DNA of 64,000 nucleotides from a virus (Duplodnaviria; Heunggongvirae; Uroviricota; Caudoviricetes): IMG/VR virus record IMGVR_UViG_3300037455_001096; one strand, 5' to 3'. Shown piece by piece: positions 46,461 to 54,873 of this stretch (position 1 is its first letter; each line of letters starts with the position of its first letter). The notes under the pieces were generated by a model. It saw only the letters and a program-made list of their open reading frames with translations, ran no database searches and was not told where the DNA came from. The position numbers and the translations under genes were made by a program.

Positions 46461-47525
46461 TTATAAATCGCTTTTCGCTGCGACCGCTATTGATTTTGGC
46501 AGAGTTCCGCGAAGCGTGCCGCCCTTCAATTCCAACCCCCCGCAGTACAAGGACATAAGCGGAAAGCAGTCTTTCACGAATCGTAAAACTTTCTTTATGA
46601 TGTCCTGCGAGTTCTTGTACGACACTTTCCTCCACGGTTTCCCGCCGCACTCTTTCAGCAGGTCTTCCGCGCTTCTCATAGCCATATACTTCAGTCTCGG
46701 ATTGTACTCGTTTTTGCCGCTTTTGTCGAATGGCGACAGATACATAAGAGGGGTCTGCGTGCAGTCTATCTTGCCTTCCTCCAAATTGAATCTGAAAAAG
46801 TCAGAGCCTTCCGCACGCAGGGAACTGCCCTTTAAGCCGATGCGAAGATACGGCGTGATTCTCATATTCTGCCATCTGCGTGTGTTGATTTCGATTACAA
46901 CGGGGTATTCGTTTTCCAATTCCGCATACAGTCCGTCAGCGACTTCTTTTGCATAGCGCATTTTCCACGTGTTGTTTGCATCGTAAAGATTGTCAAGTTC
47001 AGCCGTTATTCTGTCGTTAAAAACACCGTATTTGTCATCACAAAGGAGTTCGCGCATTCCCAAAAGACCGTGTTCTTTCACTCTTTCGTAATACACACTT
47101 TTATATACCGCTGGCAAATCCCATCCCTTGAACATTATTTTATGATTGTCGTCAAGGATTATTGACGAATCCTCCATAGACTGCGCGGTGTACATAGAAT
47201 CGTGTCTTATCTTGTATTCAACGTTCCAATTTATCCGCTTGTAAATTCCGATGTGTCCTTCTATTCTTACGATTACGTTGCCATTCTCGTATTTTGCAAC
47301 CACATTGTAGTTGTTGTCAAGTATATTGTTTTGTATCTTCTCGTATGCGTCCCAAATGAAATCGGCATATTCGCGGGAGTCTGACGGGGCTTCGCTTTTT
47401 TTAAACCAAGCGTTTTCCTCTTGCTGCTCCGCTTGTATCTTTGACATACGTTCAGCCGACATAGGTTTTATGTCAAGCCTTTCGTTCACCTTTGAAAAAT
47501 CATCAATTTTTAATATCTTCGTCAT
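46461..47525 (-). CDS. leader-family protein with a non-LRR C-terminal domain (354 aa)
   Basis: MTKILKIDDFSKVNERLDIKPMSAERM leader. Confidence 0.6.
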   Translation of the reverse strand: MTKILKIDDFSKVNERLDIKPMSAERMSKIQAEQQEENAWFKKSEAPSDSREYADFIWDAYEKIQNNILDNNYNVVAKYENGNVIVRIEGHIGIYKRINWNVEYKIRHDSMYTAQSMEDSSIILDDNHKIMFKGWDLPAVYKSVYYERVKEHGLLGMRELLCDDKYGVFNDRITAELDNLYDANNTWKMRYAKEVADGLYAELENEYPVVIEINTRRWQNMRITPYLRIGLKGSSLRAEGSDFFRFNLEEGKIDCTQTPLMYLSPFDKSGKNEYNPRLKYMAMRSAEDLLKECGGKPWRKVSYKNSQDIIKKVLRFVKDCFPLMSLYCGGLELKGGTLRGTLPKSIAVAAKSDL

Positions 47526-47536
47526 TGCTTTGTTGT

Positions 47537-48226
47537 CTATTTTCGGAAAAAATCAATATAGTGTTTGCTGTGCATAAGTCTTGTTACGGCATTGTCCACT
47601 TGACGTACAAGGGTTTTTAGGTTGTTCAGATATGAATCGAACCTTTCGCTATTTATCACCGATATATTATTCACATTCGGAAGCATTGTCGGCAGTTCCA
47701 AAAAACAAGACATTGTGTCATAGTTTATAATTTCCGATTGACTGAATTCTTTGCAGAAAGAAGCATAGTTTTTTATGTTTATTATTTTTGGATACAAATC
47801 ATCCACAAATTCTTCAAACATATCGGTAAGGTATTCGCCGAGTGATTTTCCGTTTGGTGTTATATGAAAGAATAATATAGTATGCAACACCCAATTTATT
47901 TTGTGGTTGTTGTATTTGTGATATGACACAAGACTTGTGTCTTCTGTGGGATATGTTCCTTTATCTGAATAGAAATCTTCGTCTGACGGGGAGAAATGGG
48001 AAGCGTCACAATAAAGATAGTCTATATTATCCTTATGGTACAATTCTATATTTTCCGTGGTCTTTATTTTTTTCAGAAAGTTGTTTATCTTGTCTGACGC
48101 GAGATTGACAACCGCTTGTCTGTATTCCGCAGTGTCGAATTTTGAAACGGCGTTTGACAGACCCGTTTTTGTCATAGGCTGTATGTTCAGTTTCTCATTG
48201 AACTGTTTTATGTTCAGTATTTTCAT
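47537..48226 (-). CDS. leader-family protein (229 aa)
   Basis: Start set at the internal ATG (MKILNIKQFNEKLNIQPMTK). The ATGA overlap with the upstream stop suggests coupling. Confidence 0.6.
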   Translation of the reverse strand: MKILNIKQFNEKLNIQPMTKTGLSNAVSKFDTAEYRQAVVNLASDKINNFLKKIKTTENIELYHKDNIDYLYCDASHFSPSDEDFYSDKGTYPTEDTSLVSYHKYNNHKINWVLHTILFFHITPNGKSLGEYLTDMFEEFVDDLYPKIINIKNYASFCKEFSQSEIINYDTMSCFLELPTMLPNVNNISVINSERFDSYLNNLKTLVRQVDNAVTRLMHSKHYIDFFRK

Positions 48227-50622
48227 AACGCTTTTTTTGTTGTGAGATGTTTCGGTAAACTGCAAGTCGCTTTTGGCGGCAGGAAATCCAACGATTTCAG
48301 ATTAAAGCATCCGCTGCAATACAATTTCCCCGCGAAATCCTGCGGTACGCCTTCCAATGATTCAAGGTTGTCGCAGAATTCACAGTTTATTTCATCGCCC
48401 ACTGTTTGCGACATACCAACAAGATTTTTAAGTTTTTCGCAGTTTTCGCAGTGAAATCCGCCGCCAACTGACAACGGGGAATGCTCCAACGACACCAAGG
48501 ATTCATTATCGTTGCACATAAACGAACCCCCGACTTCCTGCGGTGCGCCTTCCAATGATTCAAGACCGCTGCACAAACCGCAATCAAACTTCCAACCTAT
48601 CTCATTCGGGACACCTTTTAGGTTTTTGAGTTTGTGGCAGAAATTGCATACAAAGTCACCGCCTATATATGACGGTGCGCCTTCCAATGATTCGAGGTTG
48701 TCGCATCCGCTGATTGAGAAATTCCCGCCAACGTGTTTTGGAGCGTATTCGAGGTTTTTCAGATATGGCATATTGTTGCAAAGCATTTCGCCATCAACGC
48801 GATATGGTGCGCCTTTCAATGAATACAAATCTGTTGATGAACAATCGAAATTGCCTTTGATGTAACCGAATTTGATTGGGAGCATCTCGTTTATTATATC
48901 AAAATTATAAACTTTGACATCGTATTCGCAGTCGTAGAGTCCAGTTGTCTCGTTGTATGTGAGAAAATTTCTTTTGATGAATTTTTCTATTTTATTGTTG
49001 ATTCTGTTGCTTCTTCCGATTGCCTCGTTTCTTGAAAGGGGTTGGATGTTCAGTTTCTCGTTTGCTGTCACAGTCTTTTGCGTTTTGCTTGACTTAAGAT
49101 GGTCGGGAAGAATTTTTTTCCTTGCCCCCTTTGGCAGGTATTCCAATGATTTCAAATTGTCGCAGCCGCCGCAGGAAAAATATCCGTTGAAATCCTGCGG
49201 TGCGCCTTCAAGTGATTCGAGGTTTTTGCATTGATAGCAAATGATTGTTTCTTTAACGTCTTGCGTTATTCCGATAAGGTTTTTTAGCGAATCGCAATCT
49301 GTGCAATAATATTTTGCCACAGACAGCGGAGAATGCTCCAATGTTTTCAGATTGACCGATGCGGCACAACTGAACGTTTCCACTCGTTTCGGTGCGCCTT
49401 CAAGCGATTCAAGGTTTTCCGAATCACCGCATCTGAAATTGCCGCCTATAATCTGCGGTGCGCCGATGAGGTTTTTCAGCGAGTCGCATCCACGGCAGTC
49501 GAAGTTTCCGTACAGATTTTTCGGAGAACCGACCAATGATTTGAGTGACGTGCAATACGAACAGTCTATGCTTGTGACCTCATCCGCCATACCCTCCAAT
49601 GATTGCAGGTTGATGCAGACTGAACAGTCGAGAGTGCCTTCTATTTTACTTGGGGAGTCTTTGAGGTCGGTTATGCTATCGCAATACGAACATCTGAATG
49701 CTCCTCTGATTGTCTGTGTGACACCGTGCAGTGATTTAAGATTGCCGCAATGCGAGCAGTCGAAATCCCTGCCCAATGTTTTCGGTGAATATTCGAGCGT
49801 TTCAATATTGCAATACCTGCATTCAAAGTTACCGCCAACGTGAAGCGGTGCGCCTTTCAATGATTTGAGTCTGTCGCATCCAGAACATTCAAAGTTCCCG
49901 TTCACCGCAATCGGCGCGTTTTCAAGCGAAACAAGCGAATCGCATCCGCTGCATATGAAGTCGCCGTCAACAATGCCGAGCCGCACTGGTATCTTGCCCC
50001 GCAGCAGGTCGGCGTTGTTCAATCTCATATTTGAATGGCAATCATATTGCTTTGCTGTTTCGTTATACACAAGGCAGAATTTCTCTATGAATTTCGCAGC
50101 CTTTTCTTCATTGGCTTTTTTGTATGCGTCTATTGACACGGGTTTTATATTCAGTTTCTCTGATATGTGCTTTGACTCGTTTTCCTTTTTTAGTTTGTTG
50201 AAATCCGCCAAACGGTATATGACCAACAACTTATCGTCCTTTATCACAAAAACGTTGTTCTTTTTGAAGAATCCCCTTGGCGTGTTCGCCGAATGGAATT
50301 CCATAGCGTATTTGAAAAGATTGGCGGAGAATATTATGATGTGGAACGACATATTGATATAATATATGCCTTTCTTAAATTCATCGTATGTACGGTACAC
50401 ACCGTATAGCGAGACATCGGGGGCATTCGGTATGGGTTGTTCACTGACAGCGTATTCACCCTCGAAAAAAATGTTCGGTGCGCAAAGCCATCCTTTATAG
50501 ACATAGAATGTCGGTATTCTTTTGTATAGGTTTCCTTGTTCAAGTTCCGACTTTTGTATCGGCTTGATATTCAGTTTCTCGGAAACAAAATTTTTAAATT
50601 TTAATATGTTTGTCATACTCAT
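48223..50622 (-). CDS. triple-module fusion of the leader/LRR family (799 aa)
   Basis: Three leader copies lie inside one ORF: N-terminal VSEKLNIKPIQK, internal ISEKLNIKPVSIDAYKK and ANEKLNIQPLSRNEA. Each is followed by a YDC..D linker, a FG(I/Y)(V/I)xGxFxC element and Cys-rich 22-aa repeats such as GCDSLKSLEGAPxxVGGNFxC. Confidence 0.75.
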   Translation of the reverse strand: MSMTNILKFKNFVSEKLNIKPIQKSELEQGNLYKRIPTFYVYKGWLCAPNIFFEGEYAVSEQPIPNAPDVSLYGVYRTYDEFKKGIYYINMSFHIIIFSANLFKYAMEFHSANTPRGFFKKNNVFVIKDDKLLVIYRLADFNKLKKENESKHISEKLNIKPVSIDAYKKANEEKAAKFIEKFCLVYNETAKQYDCHSNMRLNNADLLRGKIPVRLGIVDGDFICSGCDSLVSLENAPIAVNGNFECSGCDRLKSLKGAPLHVGGNFECRYCNIETLEYSPKTLGRDFDCSHCGNLKSLHGVTQTIRGAFRCSYCDSITDLKDSPSKIEGTLDCSVCINLQSLEGMADEVTSIDCSYCTSLKSLVGSPKNLYGNFDCRGCDSLKNLIGAPQIIGGNFRCGDSENLESLEGAPKRVETFSCAASVNLKTLEHSPLSVAKYYCTDCDSLKNLIGITQDVKETIICYQCKNLESLEGAPQDFNGYFSCGGCDNLKSLEYLPKGARKKILPDHLKSSKTQKTVTANEKLNIQPLSRNEAIGRSNRINNKIEKFIKRNFLTYNETTGLYDCEYDVKVYNFDIINEMLPIKFGYIKGNFDCSSTDLYSLKGAPYRVDGEMLCNNMPYLKNLEYAPKHVGGNFSISGCDNLESLEGAPSYIGGDFVCNFCHKLKNLKGVPNEIGWKFDCGLCSGLESLEGAPQEVGGSFMCNDNESLVSLEHSPLSVGGGFHCENCEKLKNLVGMSQTVGDEINCEFCDNLESLEGVPQDFAGKLYCSGCFNLKSLDFLPPKATCSLPKHLTTKKAL

Positions 50623-50782
50623 TCTTTGCTACCAAGCGATTTCGCAACCGTTGTATCTGTATTTATCCATACCCCTGCGAAGTCGCGTATGCGCTATCTT
50701 TTTCATTTTTTTCTTGAACTTCCTCCACAATTTAGACCTGCTGTTTGTGAAGTCGCTCGGATATTCTTTCAAACTGTACATA

Positions 50783-51244
50783 CTATTTGTGTTTTTTTAT
50801 GTATGCGCTGTAATGCATCACACTGTATATTCGTATTATGTTTCCGCTGTCGTTTATTCCGAAAAGAACGTGTTTTCTTAACAGATTCGAGACAGTTTTT
50901 TCATTGAAATACAATTTCGCATAGTCTTTGAGTTTGGCGGAGAAAATTTCAAATTCCGAAGTACATTCTGTTTTCATATCATCCAATACCTTTTTCACTT
51001 GGTCGAATGAATGGTATTTGCCTATGAGTTGGTTTTTATATTCCTCGTGGTTGTCATACTGCGGCAATGGATTCTCGCTTATGAGAACGTCAGTCGAATA
51101 CACATCGTTCTTATCGCCGCATTTTCCTTTATACAAATAGAAATTTGGGATGCCGTCAGCCTCCTTTTGCAGCCTATCACTTGAAAGAGGCTGTATGTTA
51201 AGTTTTTCGGAAACAAATTGCTCCGATGTCATTATCTTTGTCAT
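50783..51244 (-). CDS. leader-family protein (153 aa)
   Basis: MTKIMTSEQFVSEKLNIQPLSSDRLQKEADGIPNFYLYKG. The body resembles module 1 of the 799-aa gene. Confidence 0.6.
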   Translation of the reverse strand: MTKIMTSEQFVSEKLNIQPLSSDRLQKEADGIPNFYLYKGKCGDKNDVYSTDVLISENPLPQYDNHEEYKNQLIGKYHSFDQVKKVLDDMKTECTSEFEIFSAKLKDYAKLYFNEKTVSNLLRKHVLFGINDSGNIIRIYSVMHYSAYIKKHK

Positions 51245-51717
51245 AGTTCACCGTTAATGTATGCTTCGTAAAGTTCTTTGCTGTATATTCGGAATATTTG
51301 GTCTTGTTTGTTTATGCAGAAAAGGACGTGGTTGTTATGAAAATATGACGGTATGCTTTTGGCTTTGTAGTATTCAAACGCATAGTCTTTCAGATTAACG
51401 GAGAATATGGCGGTTTGCTTAAATGTGAATCCGCCGTTATTAATAATTGAATTATCCAATATATCTTTAACTTTGTCAAAGGAATGGTATAACCCGACAA
51501 ACTTTTTCTTGAACACGTGGTTGTTGTCATATTGCGGCAGCGGTTTGTCGCTTATCACAACATCGTATTCGAAAACGCCGTTGTCCTCACCGCATCGCCC
51601 TTTATACAAATAGAAGTTTGGGATGCTGTCAGCCTCCTTTTGCAGCCTATCACTTGAAAGCGGCTGTATATTCAGTTTCTCGGAAATGTATTCCTTTGAC
51701 TTCAGTATCTTTGTCAT
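51241..51717 (-). CDS. leader-family protein (158 aa); close paralog of 50783..51244
   Basis: MTKILKSKEYISEKLNIQPLSSDRLQKEADSIPNFYLYKG. The ATGA overlap with the upstream gene suggests coupling. Confidence 0.6.
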   Translation of the reverse strand: MTKILKSKEYISEKLNIQPLSSDRLQKEADSIPNFYLYKGRCGEDNGVFEYDVVISDKPLPQYDNNHVFKKKFVGLYHSFDKVKDILDNSIINNGGFTFKQTAIFSVNLKDYAFEYYKAKSIPSYFHNNHVLFCINKQDQIFRIYSKELYEAYINGEL

Positions 51718-51730
51718 TTGTGTATTTGTT

Positions 51731-52567
51731 TTATGCTAATTTTGCGTGTTTAGGTTTGGCTGCGAAATCTTTTATGTTATCACATCCTTTCAAGTAAAGC
51801 GTACCGCAAAAGTCTTGCGGCAACCCGTCAAGGGAAGTTATGCCTATGCAGTTTTCAAAATCAATGTAATTCTGTGCTTTTGGACAATATTCCATTGAGG
51901 TCAGACTTTCACAGTCAGAGCATATAAAGAACGAGCCTGCGTTTTTTGGTGCGCCTTTTAGTGAAGTCAGACTTTTGCAGTTGTTGCAGGTGAATCCCGT
52001 TTCCAATTCCTGCGGTGCGCCTTCAAGCGATACCAAACTGTCGCAGTAGGAACAGTTGAATTTTTGTTTCACTTTTATCGGGGCATATTTGAGTGTTTTG
52101 AGACTGATGCAGGAATTGCAGTTAAATTCGTACTTTATTTCCTGCGGTGCGCCTTTCAATGTTTTCAGATTGTCGCAGTTGTAGCATTTGAAATCACCGT
52201 CAACCTTTTGCGGTGCGCCTTCAAGCGTTTCCAATTTAACGGCGTATGAACAGTCAAAATCATCGCCTACTTCTATCGGTGAACCTTGCAAGGACGTTAG
52301 GTTTTTGCAATCAACAAAGGTGAATGAACCATTTACTGTACCGAATCTGATTGGAAGACTGCCGTTTATGAGGTCGAAATAGTAGATACGCACATCACTT
52401 TCGCAGTCATATAAACCGCTTTCCTTATTGAGTACAAGTTTGTTCCTTGTGATTAACTTATCGGTTTGCCTTTTCACATTGTCCAAAGTCTTGTTGATAC
52501 GCTCCATTGAGGTAGGCGTTATCTTGAGTTTTTCCGAAACAAATTCGTCATACCCTTTTATTTTCAT
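51731..52567 (-). CDS. leader-tagged Cys-rich LRR-like repeat protein (278 aa)
   Basis: FVSEKLKITPTSMERI leader, the YDCESDV...LPIRFGTVNGSFTF linker, and repeats CxNLxSLxGAPxxVxxxFxC. Confidence 0.7.
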   Translation of the reverse strand: MKIKGYDEFVSEKLKITPTSMERINKTLDNVKRQTDKLITRNKLVLNKESGLYDCESDVRIYYFDLINGSLPIRFGTVNGSFTFVDCKNLTSLQGSPIEVGDDFDCSYAVKLETLEGAPQKVDGDFKCYNCDNLKTLKGAPQEIKYEFNCNSCISLKTLKYAPIKVKQKFNCSYCDSLVSLEGAPQELETGFTCNNCKSLTSLKGAPKNAGSFFICSDCESLTSMEYCPKAQNYIDFENCIGITSLDGLPQDFCGTLYLKGCDNIKDFAAKPKHAKLA

Positions 52568-52575
52568 AGTATCGC

Positions 52576-54774
52576 CTATTTTTCAAATCCGTTGCTTTTG
52601 AGGAATTTCTTGATTGTCGGCAATTCGTACAACTGCTCTGGACCGATGTTGTACTTTATCAATTCCTCTCTTGCATCGTCATCCATTTTCCTTATCTCCT
52701 CATATCCCGTCAAGTATGAACTGTCAAGCGAGGTGGCGTAATTGGCGTTCCAAAACACTATGCGCATAGCCCTTATGATTCCGATAAGAGCGTCATCGAG
52801 TTTGGATTCCGTCATCTTCATAATCTTCTTCACGAGTTCGTCAGTCGGCATCGTGAACAAGTGCTTCAGAATGATGATTTTCTTGGAGATGTAGAACATA
52901 ATGTTCGGCTTCGGTTTCGGGGATTTGTCGAGCGAGTTGTATATAGCCATACCCTCGTCATATTTGCCCGCTCCGTGCAGACCGTAGAGGAAAAGTTGGA
53001 GACCCGTCTTGATTCCGCTGTCCTTTCTCGCAACGTGGGTGTTGACCTCGTGGCGTTTCAGCGAGTCGATGTCAACTTTGCTGAAATCGCTATGCGCGTT
53101 GATAAGGAATTTCTTGTATGTTTTCACACTCATTCTCGGAACAAGGTTGTCGTCAAGTTCAACTTTCCAATCGTATCCGCCTTTCTCTATCTCCTTTTCC
53201 ATTTCCTTTTTAGCCTCTTTCGGCGTGATGCTCCTCTTGTAGTCGCTGTCCTCTTTCTCCAAGTTCTTTATGTCGTTCACGGGGTTTTCCTTGATGTATT
53301 TCAAGGCGCGTTTGTAGAGATACTCGGAAGGTCTGTAAAAGTTCTTTGGGAGTTTACGCTTGCCGTTCACGTAGTCGTGTATGTATTCGATGTTCTTTTT
53401 CACGATTTCGAGTTTGTCGAGATAGAACTTCGTGAGGTAGCAGATTTGGAATTCTCTGAAATCGTCAATCAGCGAATCCACGTCTTTCATAAACTCCTTG
53501 TATTCCTTTTCGTTTGCCCAAGCGGATTTCTCATATTCGATTTTGTCAAATGTCAAGTCGTAGTCATCGTCCTCCCTCAAGTGCTTTTTGTAACGGCTTA
53601 TGAGTTCGCTCATATTGGTTATGTTTTGGTAGTGCGATTTCTCCTTATGGTATTTGTCCATAATCTTGCCGTAGCGTTTGTCGTACTCTATGAGTTTTTC
53701 CTTGTTTTTGTCGGAGAGTTTCAGTTTTTCGTCAATGTAGTCGTTCACGGATTCCACGACAAATATGCCGCTGTATTCGTTTCTCACCAATTCGTGCTGT
53801 TGCAGTTCGTTGTCCGAGAGGTCGGCAAACGGGATGACCTTTATGTTTTGGTTGTTGTCGTCATAGTATATGTAGTTGAGGTCGGTCGTGATGTTGTCTA
53901 TGACGATTTTGTCGCCCGTTTTCGTTATGTTCATTCCGAGCATACCGCCGACACGCTTCGATGTTTCGTTACCCTTTTGGCGGGCGACACAGTTTCCGAG
54001 TGAATATGCGCAAAGTGTGTTGCCTATCCATCTGACGGGTTGCACAACGTGCGGGTGTGTTCCGATGATTATGTTCACGCCGAGTTGCGCCATAAGTTCG
54101 GATATGTGGCGTTGTTCCTTGTTGATGTCGCCGAGCATATATTCAGTACCCCAGTGCATTGAAACGATTACGACATCGGCGTTCCTGCGGGCGTACATAA
54201 TGTCCCGCACACCGAACTGCTCGTCCCAAATGTTTATGCCGCTGACGCGCTTTTTTCTCATAGTGTTCACACGGGTTGTGTAGGACACGAATGCGAATGT
54301 TATGCCGTTCTTCGTGAAAAAGGAAACGCGGCTTTCCGCCTCGTTCTCGTCAAGACCCGAACACACCGCGCCGCTGCTGTACCAATATTCTCTGTTCTGC
54401 TGAATCCCGTCAACACCGTTGTCGAGGACGTGGTTGTTGGCGAGGGATATGATGTTGAATCCCGCGTCCAAGATAGCGTCACCGAAACTTTTGTGCGCGG
54501 AAAAAAGCGCAGTACCCATTTCTCCGAGTTCGCCTCCGTGGTTTTCGCCGCAGGTTATCGGTGTTTCGGCGTTGCAGTAGCGGAGGTCATATCCCATCAG
54601 TTTGTCTTTCAATGCGCTGAACACACCGCTGTAATCGTATGTGCCGTTGTCGAATGCGTCAGTCTGAACGTCTGTGTGCGCGAGCATATCGCCAACAGCA
54701 ACGAAACTGACGGTTTTCGGTTCGGCGAGTTTTTCTATGAAATTCTCGTATGTCTGTAAGTGTTCCATTTGCAT
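52576..54774 (-). CDS. CapA/PGA_cap-like metallophosphatase with a ~370-aa C-terminal extension (732 aa)
   Basis: VAVGDMLAH, LANNHVLDNG and GTHPHVVQP are metallophosphatase signatures arranged in CapA order. A long charged C-terminal extension follows. Confidence 0.7.
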   Translation of the reverse strand: MQMEHLQTYENFIEKLAEPKTVSFVAVGDMLAHTDVQTDAFDNGTYDYSGVFSALKDKLMGYDLRYCNAETPITCGENHGGELGEMGTALFSAHKSFGDAILDAGFNIISLANNHVLDNGVDGIQQNREYWYSSGAVCSGLDENEAESRVSFFTKNGITFAFVSYTTRVNTMRKKRVSGINIWDEQFGVRDIMYARRNADVVIVSMHWGTEYMLGDINKEQRHISELMAQLGVNIIIGTHPHVVQPVRWIGNTLCAYSLGNCVARQKGNETSKRVGGMLGMNITKTGDKIVIDNITTDLNYIYYDDNNQNIKVIPFADLSDNELQQHELVRNEYSGIFVVESVNDYIDEKLKLSDKNKEKLIEYDKRYGKIMDKYHKEKSHYQNITNMSELISRYKKHLREDDDYDLTFDKIEYEKSAWANEKEYKEFMKDVDSLIDDFREFQICYLTKFYLDKLEIVKKNIEYIHDYVNGKRKLPKNFYRPSEYLYKRALKYIKENPVNDIKNLEKEDSDYKRSITPKEAKKEMEKEIEKGGYDWKVELDDNLVPRMSVKTYKKFLINAHSDFSKVDIDSLKRHEVNTHVARKDSGIKTGLQLFLYGLHGAGKYDEGMAIYNSLDKSPKPKPNIMFYISKKIIILKHLFTMPTDELVKKIMKMTESKLDDALIGIIRAMRIVFWNANYATSLDSSYLTGYEEIRKMDDDAREELIKYNIGPEQLYELPTIKKFLKSNGFEK

Positions 54775-54873
54775 ATATAACCAATATATTTGCGGCGGGT
54801 GTGTTCTTGTCCAAACATTTTCCCGCGTTTTACATTATTTATAAATATAATGACTATATAAAAAAATCTCGAT

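Noticed and set aside
48242-50362. Plus-strand ORFs inside the 799-aa triple-module gene (48512..48865, 49352..49843, 49865..50362)
   Set aside because: Same antisense-shadow effect from the Cys/Gly-rich repeats. The minus-strand ORF is far longer and homologous to its neighbours.
34591-52567. CRISPR array suggested by the many regularly spaced nucleotide repeats
   Set aside because: The repeats are coding, with 66-bp protein repeat units and no unique spacers. No cas genes are present.
34591-52567. A diversity-generating retroelement as the source of LRR-family variability
   Set aside because: No reverse transcriptase or template-repeat pair is visible in the window. Variability looks recombinational, through the shared leader DNA and repeat units.
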